Shown here piece by piece: positions 19,157 to 29,461 of a stretch of DNA of 64,000 nucleotides. The notes beneath the pieces are model-generated. The model was not told the origin of the DNA and made no database searches. It was given only the letters and a program-made list of their open reading frames with translations. The translations under genes and the position numbers were made by a program. Position 1 is the first letter of the stretch, and every line of letters begins with the position of its first letter. Source of the DNA: an uncultured archaeon (GTDB lineage Archaea; Aenigmatarchaeota; Aenigmatarchaeia; CG10238-14; SCSR01); assembly GCA_964372485.1 (NCBI GenBank), contig CAYJQI010000001.1, forward strand, positions 323,110 through 387,109, written 5' to 3'.

Positions 19157-21499
19157 TCATTTGCTTTCAGTAATAGTTTTCTTTTTGCGGCCAAACATTG
19201 AAAAGAATTTTTTCAATCCAGTCGGTTTCTTTTCGTCAGCAGGTTTTGCGAATACATATCCGGTTGCAGTTCTATATCCTTTCTTCGATGGCCAGAACAA
19301 GTACCCTACAAATGCTACGATGACTATAATAAGAATCACTACAACTATTATCCAAACACTCGAAGACACGTTCAATAATCCGTTAGGCTCGGCAGATTCA
19401 ATTCGTGCCTCAATTTCTGCAATGAGAGCTTGGACAATATCCAAAGTTTCTTCTGCGTTGAAATAATCGTTAGCGGTTATGTAATCTTCGGCTTGCTTCA
19501 ATGCAGCTTTCAATTCGTTTAATTTTTGTTCTATAGGCTCAGTATTGTTTGTAGTATTTTTAATTGCGTTAAATTCACTTTCCAATTTACTTGCTTCTAA
19601 TTTGTATAAAATTAATGTATCATTTATCTTAATTTTTGTTTCAGCCGATGGAAGAATTCTTAATGTGAAATCTTTTGTTACTGTTGTGTTTGTGCTACTT
19701 GCAGAGAATTTTGCAGCATAATCCCTTATATCAAATCCTTTTATTGTGAATGTAATTGTATATGAAAGTGTCTGTCCTATTGCAAATTTCTTAGTCGCTT
19801 GATCAATAGTATACCAACTTTTATCGAGATCTAGTATATCCAAAGTTATGTTTTGTTCAACCCCACCAGTGTTTTTAATTTTAATTTCTGTTATATTGGT
19901 TTGGTTCTGGATTATCTCTATCAATTGAGGATATTGGATGAAGCTTATGCTGGCCGATGGAGTGAGTTTTATAGACAATGTATTCTTACTGGTTCCAGTT
20001 GTGTAATTTTGATCTGAAGTGCTGTTACAAAGATATTCATATTTGCTTCCTGCAGTGAAGGTTTGTGTTTCGGGATTACTTACAGACGTCAAGTTTCTGT
20101 ATAGATTCGCTGTTAATCCACTCACTCCTACCGAACAAGTTACAACAGTTTGCACAGGAGTGTCCAATTCCCATTGAGGAGATATTGTAAGAGTTAATGG
20201 TGCAGCGGCTTTATTAATTGTAAATGATGTTGATGGAGTTAAATTGAATACATGATCCTGATATTTTCCAAATATTCTCCATGAATGAGTGCCGGCCGGC
20301 AAGGAAGCATTATAATAATAGTAAAGACTCGAGTTTGTTAAAGTGAAATTTTGAGTTGTACTCCATCCTCCTTCTATGAACGAAGTTACAAAGCCAGGAT
20401 TACTTGCAAATGTTGTGTTGAATATGCTATAAGTTGTGTTTGAAAATGTAAGAGGGATATTTGATGTGGTTGTTGTATAACTTGGAACTGTTGCAACAAA
20501 ATAAGTTGCAGTATTTGTGCTATAGTTAGTATTTGTAGCAACGGTAACAGTATAGTTATGCAATCCTATTGATGTAATCACATCATTTATCGTGTATGTG
20601 TTAGGAACACCAGACGCAACTGTTGTGGTGTTGTCTCTCGTTATCGTAACATTACAATTGGTTTGAGAACATGTTGCATTTGTAGTTATGTTGATTGCGG
20701 TATTGTTTATAGCTGTTATGTTTGTGTTTAATGACCCATTTAGATATACTTTTAATGTGTTGGTCGCTTTCGCTACTAAATATGTGAATTGAATTGTTGA
20801 ATTGAATGTGTTGTTTGTGTCATTTGCATATACTCTCCAAACATACGTACCGGCAGAAAGATCGGAAGTGTTGAAATAATACACACTGCTTGAATTGCTC
20901 ATTGTTTCGTTATGGATGGTAGAGCTTCCTGTTATATTGTGTTCTAACAAAACTTTTGAAATCCCCACATTATCTGTCCATGTTATGTTAAACCAGTAAC
21001 TTTGATTTTGAGCATAACTAGTGTTTGAGCTTGGAGTTGTTGTATTGCTTGAATATGCAGGAGCGATGATGTCAAATAATGTTAATGATACATTGTTGGA
21101 AGTAAATGCACCGGTTATGTCTGTTGTTGATATGTTGAATCCATTACTTCCAGTTGATAGCGGAGTGTCGACGTATATCCAGAAATATTGTGTGGCTCCA
21201 TTTCCAATTAGTCCCAGTATAGAACTATTTGTCCATGCAGGAGAAGATGATGAAGCTGTATAAGGGTTTGTATTTGTTGTACCGGAGCTTCCCGTGAATG
21301 CAAATCCAGGAGGTAGTGTGATATTCAAGTGGGTGATGTTTACAGATCCTGTATTTGCAATAGAAAAGTTGATTAGTTGACTGCTTTGTCCAGATGCAAG
21401 TGTTGTTGGGCTGGAACTAGCTGTAAATGTCGCAGCTAAAGAAGTGCTCACTACGATAAAGAAAGCCAATAAAGAAAAGAGAATAATCAATCTTGTCAT
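19157..21499 (-). CDS. Large cell-surface protein with many N-glycosylation sequons (S-layer or adhesin candidate), C-terminal TM anchor.
   Basis: Signal peptide, T/N/S-rich with dozens of N-x-T/S sequons, internal repeats, and a C-terminal hydrophobic helix followed by a basic tail. Confidence 0.6.
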   Translation of the reverse strand: MTRLIILFSLLAFFIVVSTSLAATFTASSSPTTLASGQSSQLINFSIANTGSVNITHLNITLPPGFAFTGSSGTTNTNPYTASSSSPAWTNSSILGLIGNGATQYFWIYVDTPLSTGSNGFNISTTDITGAFTSNNVSLTLFDIIAPAYSSNTTTPSSNTSYAQNQSYWFNITWTDNVGISKVLLEHNITGSSTIHNETMSNSSSVYYFNTSDLSAGTYVWRVYANDTNNTFNSTIQFTYLVAKATNTLKVYLNGSLNTNITAINNTAINITTNATCSQTNCNVTITRDNTTTVASGVPNTYTINDVITSIGLHNYTVTVATNTNYSTNTATYFVATVPSYTTTTSNIPLTFSNTTYSIFNTTFASNPGFVTSFIEGGWSTTQNFTLTNSSLYYYYNASLPAGTHSWRIFGKYQDHVFNLTPSTSFTINKAAAPLTLTISPQWELDTPVQTVVTCSVGVSGLTANLYRNLTSVSNPETQTFTAGSKYEYLCNSTSDQNYTTGTSKNTLSIKLTPSASISFIQYPQLIEIIQNQTNITEIKIKNTGGVEQNITLDILDLDKSWYTIDQATKKFAIGQTLSYTITFTIKGFDIRDYAAKFSASSTNTTVTKDFTLRILPSAETKIKINDTLILYKLEASKLESEFNAIKNTTNNTEPIEQKLNELKAALKQAEDYITANDYFNAEETLDIVQALIAEIEARIESAEPNGLLNVSSSVWIIVVVILIIVIVAFVGYLFWPSKKGYRTATGYVFAKPADEKKPTGLKKFFSMFGRKKKTITESK

Positions 21500-21528
21500 T
21501 CAATCCCTATTAATTCTATTTAAACTTT

Positions 21529-21537
21529 GTATAAAAT
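21529..21537 (-). promoter_or_regulatory. Putative TATA box for the surface-protein gene.
   Basis: TTTTATAC on the minus strand, about 34 nt upstream of the ATG at 21499. Confidence 0.3.
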
Positions 21538-21621
21538 AATGCTTTTAGCTCCTAATTCAATGAAGATTGATGGGCGGCATGATACAAGATGAATAGTTTG
21601 CCGAGTTCTGAGAAGGAAAAG

Positions 21622-22089
21622 CTATTTGCCATAACCGGCTTGAGTTTGGTCTGATTTGATTTCAAGTTTGTTGAATTCTTCTTTCCAGTCCAATTCGAAA
21701 ACTATGACATTTCCAGATTTTATAGAATCTTTGTTATTCAGAATGTTCACCTGTTCATTATCGATGTATGCGGTGAAATTTGAAAGTTCCAATTGTCCAG
21801 TGTTGACTACCGTTGCAAGCAAATTACCATTTGATCCTGTGTAAACTCCTATAATATCCATATTATAGGCACTATCCTTAATCACGGCGATTGTTTTCCC
21901 TGTGGTGGGGATGAATTTTCCAACAAGTGGTATATCCGACATGCTTGGAAAAGATCCGACTAGAAGATAGCTTGCTAGGAAAACTACAATGACAAGCAAA
22001 GCACCAATCGCTATACTGCCGACTATTCTAAACAGTACGAAAGCCACTATTACTAATAGTGCCACTCCGAAGAAAAATTCTAGAACCAT
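21622..22089 (-). CDS. Membrane protein.
   Basis: Two N-terminal TM helices. Confidence 0.4.
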   Translation of the reverse strand: MVLEFFFGVALLVIVAFVLFRIVGSIAIGALLVIVVFLASYLLVGSFPSMSDIPLVGKFIPTTGKTIAVIKDSAYNMDIIGVYTGSNGNLLATVVNTGQLELSNFTAYIDNEQVNILNNKDSIKSGNVIVFELDWKEEFNKLEIKSDQTQAGYGK

Positions 22090-22098
22090 AAGATTATA

Positions 22099-22743
22099 TT
22101 GTGCCAGATGCTTAAATCATATATGAAATCCACTAAATTGCCTGTTTTCAAAACATTGAGTGAAGGATTTGAACTGTTGAAAAATTATCCTATTATATTC
22201 GTCCCTGTGTTCATATCGACAGTTGCCTCCTTTTTGACACCTGATGATTTTCTGATATCAATTGCGAGTGCTCTTGTTCAGGGGTTTCTTTACCTGGTAA
22301 CTATAGTAATGACTTGGCAGGCGCTTACAAAAAGAAAAATTTTAATTGGGGATGCAGCTGAACTTTCACTTAAACGAGTTCCTCAGGTAATATTAGGTAC
22401 TATTCTTTTCTTCATTGCAATTGTAGCTGGTTTCATTGCGTTGATAATACCTGGAATTTTCCTTTCAATAAAGCTGGTTTTCTTCCAGTATTTTATACTT
22501 TTTGAAAATGTTGGAGTAATGGATTCTTTCAAGAAAAGTTGGAAAGCTACTGATAAAAATTGGTGGAGAATGTTTGCACTTAATTTGCTGCTTGTTATAT
22601 CCTTTATACCTGCGGGTGTAATATCACTTCCTGTAGCTTTTGTCAGTTCTATAGTTAGTATCATGTTATTGTCTGTACTTACAACAGTTGTTTCCGCTTG
22701 GTACACAACTTCTTTGGTTGTTGCTTATAAGAAATTGAGGTAG
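22099..22743 (+). CDS. Polytopic membrane protein.
   Basis: Four to five hydrophobic helices. Confidence 0.45.
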   Translation: MCQMLKSYMKSTKLPVFKTLSEGFELLKNYPIIFVPVFISTVASFLTPDDFLISIASALVQGFLYLVTIVMTWQALTKRKILIGDAAELSLKRVPQVILGTILFFIAIVAGFIALIIPGIFLSIKLVFFQYFILFENVGVMDSFKKSWKATDKNWWRMFALNLLLVISFIPAGVISLPVAFVSSIVSIMLLSVLTTVVSAWYTTSLVVAYKKLR

Positions 22744-22836
22744 TGTCCCCGATGGGATTTGAACCCACAACCTCATCCTTAGGACGGATTTGAACTACTT
22801 TCGTATTCGCTCTGGTCCAGGTTGAGCTACGGGGAC
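22744..22836 (-). tRNA. tRNA-Arg (anticodon CCU) with a roughly 17-nt intron at a non-canonical position (D-arm / anticodon-stem junction).
   Basis: Acceptor GTCCCCG/CGGGGAC, D-arm GCTC..GAGC, anticodon loop GTCCTAA, T-arm GTGGG-TTCAAAT-CCCAT, discriminator A. The 93-nt length requires an insertion after position 26. Confidence 0.7.
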
Positions 22837-22857
22837 ATAGTAATGCCTTTAACTTAA

Positions 22858-22864
22858 TTTTAAA
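22858..22864 (-). promoter_or_regulatory. Putative TATA box for tRNA-Arg(CCU).
   Basis: TTTAAAA about 25 nt upstream of the tRNA 5' end. Confidence 0.3.
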
Positions 22865-22904
22865 TAATTAACATATAATTCATTGTTATACTTTTGGTGT
22901 AAAT

Positions 22905-23966
22905 TTGTACGATGCGATAATTGTAGGTGGAGCCCTAGCAGGCAGTAGAACAGCTGGACTTTTAGCTAAACAGGGAAAGAATGTTCTATTGATTGAAGAA
23001 CATGAAAAAATCGGTTTACCATGTAAATGTACTGGTTTGGTGAGTTGGAGAACTCCTGAGATGCTTAAACTTCCTAAAAGATTGATAACGAACAAATTGG
23101 ATATTGGGAAATTCTTCGCAGCAGACGGAACTAATTTCACATTAAAGTCAAAGAAACCAGCGTATGTTCTTGACAGACCAGGATTGGATAAATTTTTATT
23201 TGATAATGCAAAGAAAGCTGGAGCTGATATTAAGATAGAACATTTTGAGTCTTTCAAATATACAAACAGTCATGTTGAGGTTAGAACTACAAAAGGAACT
23301 TATGATACAAAAATTCTAATTGGTGCAGATGGTGCCAATTCTACAGTTGCACAACAAGCTAATTTAGAGCAACCTAAAAATATTTACATTGGACTTCAAA
23401 CAACAGCAAAAGGAAATTTTGAACAAGTTGCAGAACTTTGGTTTGGTAAGAAAATTGCACCTGATTTTTTTGCATGGGTAGTTCCAGAACATGAAGAATC
23501 CGCAAGAATAGGTGTGGGAGCTTCCATTAGTCCGAAAAAGTTTTATGAAAATTTCCTAATATCGCGATTAGGACATAATGGATTGAAACCTGATGTTGCA
23601 GGAGTTATGAGATTTGGTGTAATGAAAGATACTTCAGCTAAGAATATTATGCTTGTAGGAGATTCTGCATGTCAAGTCAAACCATTTTCTGGTGGAGGAA
23701 TTACTTATGGGTTGACTGCTGCACAGATTTGTGCAGATGCAGCAAACAAAGCTTTGGATGAAAATAGATTTGATAAAACATTTTTCAAAAATAATTATGA
23801 TGCAGAATGGAAGAAGAAATTATCAATGGGAATACGAAAAGGAATGATTATGAGAAAAACATTTGAGATATTTTCAGATAGTCATACAAATCTTTTGTTC
23901 AAGAGTTTGAAATTGTTTGGACATAAAGTGTTGACGAAATTAGATTTTGATTTATTATCAGGATAA
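22905..23966 (+). CDS. Geranylgeranyl reductase (FAD-dependent, digeranylgeranylglycerophospholipid reductase family).
   Basis: FAD-binding N-terminus YDAIIVGGALAGS. Overall GGR architecture. Confidence 0.85.
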   Translation: MYDAIIVGGALAGSRTAGLLAKQGKNVLLIEEHEKIGLPCKCTGLVSWRTPEMLKLPKRLITNKLDIGKFFAADGTNFTLKSKKPAYVLDRPGLDKFLFDNAKKAGADIKIEHFESFKYTNSHVEVRTTKGTYDTKILIGADGANSTVAQQANLEQPKNIYIGLQTTAKGNFEQVAELWFGKKIAPDFFAWVVPEHEESARIGVGASISPKKFYENFLISRLGHNGLKPDVAGVMRFGVMKDTSAKNIMLVGDSACQVKPFSGGGITYGLTAAQICADAANKALDENRFDKTFFKNNYDAEWKKKLSMGIRKGMIMRKTFEIFSDSHTNLLFKSLKLFGHKVLTKLDFDLLSG

Positions 23967-23967
23967 T

Positions 23968-25791
23968 TTACAAGAAAGCTTTAATTTTTTTCTTACCGAC
24001 AACAGCTCTTAACAATTCCTTACCAATTTCAGAATCCTTAGTTATCTTGATATCTCCCTTTTTTCCAACAGTTGCAGAAAATAAGAATTGATCTTCAACA
24101 AATACACTTGCAGCTCTACCAATTAAACTTCTGTTGAATACAAATTCAAAACTATTTCCCTTTTCAAACATATCAAACTGAATTTCATTTCCAGTAACTC
24201 CAGTTTTTGGTTCAACATCAATACGTATTCCTAATCTTTCTTCTAATCCATTAATTGTCACACCTTCCTTTCCAATTAATCGTGCAATAATATCGTTATC
24301 AACTCTTACTACTGCCTTATCCTCAGATACAAGCTCAACTTCAACATCAGGATCGAACTTTCTTATTTCTTGAACAATTCTTTCACTTGCCAATCTCTTG
24401 ACAGGAGATATTTTATTACTACCTTCTTTGACAGGAACAATAACGTTTTCTTCACCGAATGTGTAAATTTCATATTCAGTTGTTCCACTTTCAAAATCTT
24501 TTACTTCAACTAATGGTCTTGCTAAATCAGCTTCAGTCATCCCTGAAGGAACCTTCACACTCAATTCTAAATAGTAGACTTTCTTTATCTCACCAGCTTT
24601 TACAAAAATTACTGTATCAAGTATATGTGGAATTACTCCGAGTTCAATTCTACCGATGAATCTTTGAATGGCGTTAATTGCTTCACTTGCATGAACAACT
24701 CCTATCATTCCAACTCCTGCTAATCTCATGTCAGAAAATATTTCAAAATCTCTAGTCTTTCTAACTTCATCATATGCCGAATAATCCGGTCTTACCAAAA
24801 GTAGTATATCTGCTGTTTTTTCAAAATCACCTTCCAATGGACCATATTGTGTAACTTCAGGTGGAACTTGCAAATCACGTGGAGATTCTAATGTTTTTAC
24901 AATCTTTCCTTGCTTTTGATAAAAGTCAATCATCGATCCACATAATGTTGATTTACCTGATCCTGGTGGACCTGCGATAACAATACCTTCTGCTTTTTCT
25001 TTCAATCTTTTCATCAATTTTTCTGATAATTTGTAATCATCCAAAGTCAATCTTACAATTGGTCTTACAAGTGTTATTTCAACTCTTTCGGAGAATGGCG
25101 GTCGAGTTATAGCAATCCTATAATTACCAAGTTGTATAACTGTTGCGCCTGATCTGACTATTTCAAATGAACCTTCACTTCCCACTCGTGCAGCTTCTGA
25201 AATTTCTAAAATTATATCTTCGAGTTCTTTTTCTGTCATTGGTTTGTCATTTATTTTTACAAGTTCGAAATTACCAGGCTTTCCTCTCTTTGCCATTGGG
25301 ACAATATCTTCCTTTAAATGAAGTGATAATGTATCTGGCGTGAAGAATTTTTCAAATGTGAGTCCTTCAGTTTTTATTTCAGCTGCGATGTGAACTACAT
25401 TTACACCTTCAGCTTCACCAACAAGTGCTTGAACATAATCTGCTGTATATAATGTTCCGCTTTCTGATTTCGCGACATCTCGTATCAATGCATCCATCCT
25501 TCCAGATTTTGCAAGCTTGATATCTTCAATTGAAGGTCTGTCTCCTAGAAATCTCATCTTCAGTTTTTTCTGTTTACAAATTTCACGAAGTTTTTTTAAT
25601 TCTTCCAATCCTACAAATCCAGTTTCTCTTCCTTTCGAAGCTTGAGCTTGCAATTCATCTAATACCGCATAAGGTATAATAATCTCGACATTCTCCAATT
25701 CACCATCTTTTATCATCTGAGAAATCTTTCCATCGACAATTATGCTCGTGTCTAAAATTATTTTATTCAACTTTTCTACCATACAAATCAA
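23968..25791 (-). CDS. PIN-domain / P-loop ATPase / KH-domain protein (COG1855-like PilT-family ATPase).
   Basis: N-terminal PIN (ILDTSIIVDG), Walker A AGPPGSGKST and C-terminal KH (IGKEGVTINGLEERLG). Confidence 0.75.
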   Translation of the reverse strand: MICMVEKLNKIILDTSIIVDGKISQMIKDGELENVEIIIPYAVLDELQAQASKGRETGFVGLEELKKLREICKQKKLKMRFLGDRPSIEDIKLAKSGRMDALIRDVAKSESGTLYTADYVQALVGEAEGVNVVHIAAEIKTEGLTFEKFFTPDTLSLHLKEDIVPMAKRGKPGNFELVKINDKPMTEKELEDIILEISEAARVGSEGSFEIVRSGATVIQLGNYRIAITRPPFSERVEITLVRPIVRLTLDDYKLSEKLMKRLKEKAEGIVIAGPPGSGKSTLCGSMIDFYQKQGKIVKTLESPRDLQVPPEVTQYGPLEGDFEKTADILLLVRPDYSAYDEVRKTRDFEIFSDMRLAGVGMIGVVHASEAINAIQRFIGRIELGVIPHILDTVIFVKAGEIKKVYYLELSVKVPSGMTEADLARPLVEVKDFESGTTEYEIYTFGEENVIVPVKEGSNKISPVKRLASERIVQEIRKFDPDVEVELVSEDKAVVRVDNDIIARLIGKEGVTINGLEERLGIRIDVEPKTGVTGNEIQFDMFEKGNSFEFVFNRSLIGRAASVFVEDQFLFSATVGKKGDIKITKDSEIGKELLRAVVGKKKIKAFL

Positions 25792-25799
25792 TTATAGAA

Positions 25800-27041
25800 C
25801 TATTTTAATAAAGAAACAATCTTGCTTAACACTAACTCCTTTTGTTCACCAGTTTTCATATCTTTCAGTTTAAACTTTTTCTTTTTCAACTCTTCTTTCC
25901 CCACAATCAGAACATAAGGAATTCCAGAAGAACTCGCATACTCCAATTGTTTAACAAAACTTCTGTTCATTAGATCAATTTGAACATTTAAATCCTTTCT
26001 CAAATCATTCGCAATTTTTATTACATCATCTTTTACATCATCATTAACATTTGCGATGAAAACTTTTGTGTTGCTTTTTTCATCCTTGAACATTTTATTC
26101 TCTTTCATAACTTCCAAAATACGATCCAATCCCAATGATATACCAGTTGCTGGCATTTCTTGTCCACCGATTGCTTTAATCAAATTATCGTATCTTCCAC
26201 CACCACCACAGGATACTTTGGCACCAAGATTAATTTCAAAAACCACCGAAGTGTAATATTCCAATCCACGTACAAGTGAGATATCGAATTTCAATTTCTT
26301 TTCAATTCCAAATTTCTTCGCAAGTTTGAATAATTCTTCCAATTCAGTTTTACCTTCACTATTAGGAAGTTTACTTAATTCATTTGACTTCAATACTGCA
26401 ACGATTTTAGTAGTTTCTAATCCTTTAGTTTTCAATTCTGCTTCCACACCTTCAAATCCAATTTTATCTAACTTGTCAATTGTTCTGAAAACATCAATTA
26501 TTCTTTCCTTTTTGACAATTTTTTCAAATTCATTCTGGAGTAATTTTCTGCTATTAACTCGTATCTGATAATTTTTGAATCCTAACTTGTCAAGAATTTC
26601 GCATATTGCAGTTAAACATTCTACATCTGAAATTAGAGAAGTACTTCCAACAACATCAATATCTGATTGCCAGAATTCTCTGAATCTCATGCTACCTGGT
26701 TGATCATATCTCCAGACTTTATCAATTGCATACCGTTTGAATGGTTTTGGAAATGATCCAGATGAAACAACTCGCGAAAGAGGCATTGTTAGATCAAATC
26801 TCAATCCTAACTCTCGGTCGGACTTGTCCTTGAAATAATAAATTTCATCTTTTACCGCTTCACCCAATCCACCTTTGGCTGAGAGCAGTTCAAAATTCTC
26901 AAAAGCAGGTGTTATCAACGGGCTGAATCCGTATTTTTCATAAACTTCTCTACAAATTTTTATTATTTGTTGTAATTTGCTTGCATCTTCTGGTAACAAA
27001 TCTCTTGTACCTTTTGGAGGTTGGAAGTTCATGTTCCTCAA
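25800..27041 (-). CDS. hisS: Histidyl-tRNA synthetase.
   Basis: Class II aaRS. N-terminal PKGTRDLLPED and an anticodon-binding C-terminus. Confidence 0.9.
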   Translation of the reverse strand: MRNMNFQPPKGTRDLLPEDASKLQQIIKICREVYEKYGFSPLITPAFENFELLSAKGGLGEAVKDEIYYFKDKSDRELGLRFDLTMPLSRVVSSGSFPKPFKRYAIDKVWRYDQPGSMRFREFWQSDIDVVGSTSLISDVECLTAICEILDKLGFKNYQIRVNSRKLLQNEFEKIVKKERIIDVFRTIDKLDKIGFEGVEAELKTKGLETTKIVAVLKSNELSKLPNSEGKTELEELFKLAKKFGIEKKLKFDISLVRGLEYYTSVVFEINLGAKVSCGGGGRYDNLIKAIGGQEMPATGISLGLDRILEVMKENKMFKDEKSNTKVFIANVNDDVKDDVIKIANDLRKDLNVQIDLMNRSFVKQLEYASSSGIPYVLIVGKEELKKKKFKLKDMKTGEQKELVLSKIVSLLK

Positions 27042-27147
27042 TTTATTTTTAGGGATAGGACTAGTTAAAGTTCGTTCATTTGAAATGAAGTAAACCGCCG
27101 TTCACTTTAATCACAGATTATAGAAGGATTTCTGACTTTAAATATTT

Positions 27148-27735
27148 TTAATTTCTTTGTCGATCTCTTACACAAGCATACCATGCAGCAACGTCAGAGT
27201 TACGTAATCCTTGAGATTTCCAAAAACGTCTTCCGAAAATGTCGCCTTCAATTGGAAAATATCCGTCATTATGCGAATTTAAATGACCTGCTAATTTTTC
27301 ATTCAACATAGCGATTCTATCAATATGTGCATCACCACTTACGTGAGCAATATCATCCCCTAAACCAAGAATTTCAACAGTAAGATTACCAGTTTTAATA
27401 TTTGTAAAGGTGTCAACGGAAGATTTGACAGGTTCAATAATATCTTGTGGATTTACACCATTATCAATCATTACATCTTTCATTCGATCTATCTCTCCTT
27501 CTGTTCCAAGCGGAATCATTCTTCTAAAATAACCAGATTCGTATAATTTTGCAGCTTCTGTAGCTCTGAACTCACTATTACCACCATATACAAATGCTAC
27601 ACTGTAAGTTTTATCAGAAGGACCTTCTTTTACTGATGGACAATTCCCCGGTTTTGTAGCGTAAACACTACCTATTAAAGAAACAAGACCTATAGCTGTA
27701 CTGATCCATATTAATTTTCGATTCTTTAAACTCAT
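27148..27735 (-). CDS. DUF218 / YdcF-like secreted protein.
   Basis: Signal peptide. VAFVYGGNSEFRATEAA...GVNPQDII...DTFTN pattern. Confidence 0.5.
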   Translation of the reverse strand: MSLKNRKLIWISTAIGLVSLIGSVYATKPGNCPSVKEGPSDKTYSVAFVYGGNSEFRATEAAKLYESGYFRRMIPLGTEGEIDRMKDVMIDNGVNPQDIIEPVKSSVDTFTNIKTGNLTVEILGLGDDIAHVSGDAHIDRIAMLNEKLAGHLNSHNDGYFPIEGDIFGRRFWKSQGLRNSDVAAWYACVRDRQRN

Positions 27736-27759
27736 ACTAATATGGAGATAGTAAATTAT

Positions 27760-28110
27760 TTAAGCAGATTTCATGTGAGAATTCCGACGGGAATTTCTGT
27801 TGCCCAAGTACGTACCTATAGTACAGCCTGCAACTGTTCCTACCACAATTAATCCAGCGGCTATACCTACTGGAATGTAAGTATGTAATGGAGCATCTAA
27901 TGGCCACAATGTCCAATTGATAGAAGTTTCACCCGTTTCAAGTTTTTTAATATAATCATTTACTCCAAACCGTTCAAACAAATACGGTCGTAGAACTAGT
28001 GCTGTTCCAACACCTATTGCACTACCGAGGACAGATCCTCCAATTCCATAAGTCAGAGATTTGATTGCACGATTCATAATTTTATAGGAAGATGTTAAAT
28101 ATTTAAACAT
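27760..28110 (-). CDS. Small membrane protein.
   Basis: Three hydrophobic helices. Confidence 0.4.
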   Translation of the reverse strand: MFKYLTSSYKIMNRAIKSLTYGIGGSVLGSAIGVGTALVLRPYLFERFGVNDYIKKLETGETSINWTLWPLDAPLHTYIPVGIAAGLIVVGTVAGCTIGTYLGNRNSRRNSHMKSA

Positions 28111-28149
28111 TCCAATAATCGTTAAATCCCTCTAAAACAAATTCTAATA

Positions 28150-28653
28150 ATGCCTTATGCAGTAACTCATATGCTTATTCCAATGCTCATTCTTGATCTC
28201 CTAAGACACAAACTTCCTAAAATCAAAAAAGAATTACCGAATAGATATGTACTATTTGCAGGTTTGGGAGGACTAATTCCTGATATCGATATACCAATTT
28301 CATTGTTATTCCCGGGTTTACTAGTTCATCGAGGTATAACTCACACTGTGTGGATACCATTTGTATTTTTAACAATATTTTTAATTTTTTACTCTCTCAG
28401 AAAACATAATTTGGCAAAAATCTTTCTCATGATTTCTATAGGAACAGCTTTTCATGTTTTACTGGACTTTGTAACAGCAGGTTCTATACAATTATTCTAC
28501 CCATTAAGTCAATCGTATTTCGAAGTCAATAGTATTTCAACTCTTCTACCAAATTTCCAAGTGCCTTTCGTATATGCAGGAATGGATGCAATTTTATTTT
28601 TTGTGTGGATATTTCGGATGAGTATCAAAAGAAAAGTTCGGGATATCTTTTAA
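28150..28653 (+). CDS. Membrane-bound metal-dependent hydrolase-like protein (YdjM/DUF457-like).
   Basis: MPYAVTHMLIP start, conserved His residues and a polytopic layout. Confidence 0.5.
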   Translation: MPYAVTHMLIPMLILDLLRHKLPKIKKELPNRYVLFAGLGGLIPDIDIPISLLFPGLLVHRGITHTVWIPFVFLTIFLIFYSLRKHNLAKIFLMISIGTAFHVLLDFVTAGSIQLFYPLSQSYFEVNSISTLLPNFQVPFVYAGMDAILFFVWIFRMSIKRKVRDIF

Positions 28654-28656
28654 TAG

Positions 28657-28872
28657 TTGACTACGAGAAAGGTAATTATGAACAAGAAAATTTTGATTCC
28701 ATTAATATTCGCACTCGTAGCTTTAGGTAGTTTATCAACATTTTTCGAATTTTCTAGTATGTCAGGAAGATTTAGTGGTGCTCCAATAATAACAAATATT
28801 TATGCAACTGCAACATTTTTCATATTGTTCGGAATCGCGCTTTATATGATGTTTAGAAAACATTCGCGCTAA
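28657..28872 (+). CDS. Small membrane protein.
   Basis: Two TM helices. Confidence 0.35.
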   Translation: MTTRKVIMNKKILIPLIFALVALGSLSTFFEFSSMSGRFSGAPIITNIYATATFFILFGIALYMMFRKHSR

Positions 28873-29330
28873 CTAACTTCTACAATATCCCCGACGGTTA
28901 AGTCTATTTTCTTCTTTTCATCTCTACGTAAGAGTGTACCGTCAACTTTTTCTCTTAATCTAATATCAAGAAAATTTTCTATTCTTTTTACAAGATCTTC
29001 ATGCGGTTCAAAATCCTGATCTTCAATTCGTTTTAATATCGATTCCTTCTCATTAAGTTTGATTGCAAAATCATATCTTGATAACCCTTTACTTTCTCTA
29101 ACTTGAGTTATCAATTTCCCATATTCAGGCACAAGTTCCATTCCATCCTCTTCTAATTTTGCTACAGAAATGGTATTTTTAATTGGTGTATACGGTAAAG
29201 GTTGAGATACAGAAACTTTTGTTCCAAATCGAGAACATCTTTCACAAACGTCAATAATGGCCCCTTCAATCTTGGTAGGATTTAATTTTGGAAAATCTTT
29301 TCCACAACATGTACATTCCGTAAATATCAT
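28869..29330 (-). CDS. mbf1: Archaeal multiprotein-bridging factor 1 (aMBF1): zinc ribbon plus HTH-XRE.
   Basis: N-terminal CxxC...CxxC. C-terminal HTH KGLSRYDFAIKLNEKESILKRIE. Confidence 0.75.
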   Translation of the reverse strand: MIFTECTCCGKDFPKLNPTKIEGAIIDVCERCSRFGTKVSVSQPLPYTPIKNTISVAKLEEDGMELVPEYGKLITQVRESKGLSRYDFAIKLNEKESILKRIEDQDFEPHEDLVKRIENFLDIRLREKVDGTLLRRDEKKKIDLTVGDIVEVS

Positions 29331-29461
29331 CTCTTATAGTGTTCATCTACTCAATCTTTATAAACATTAACTTATAAAACTTTCTTATGAGTGGTTTACG
29401 GATTGTTGCGTAACTTATTTACTTTACTATTCCTAATTCTAAAAATTGGTATCGTGATGAA

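Noticed and set aside
21560-21620. Possible C/D-box sRNA (TTGATGG ... CTGA).
   Set aside because: The boxes are imperfect and no terminal stem is visible. More likely this is just the promoter/UTR of the surface-protein gene.
28150-28653. Considered as a prepilin peptidase (PibD/FlaK) for the pilins.
   Set aside because: The MPYAVTHM.. start and conserved His pattern fit the YdjM/DUF457 hydrolase-like family better than the aspartyl peptidase motifs.
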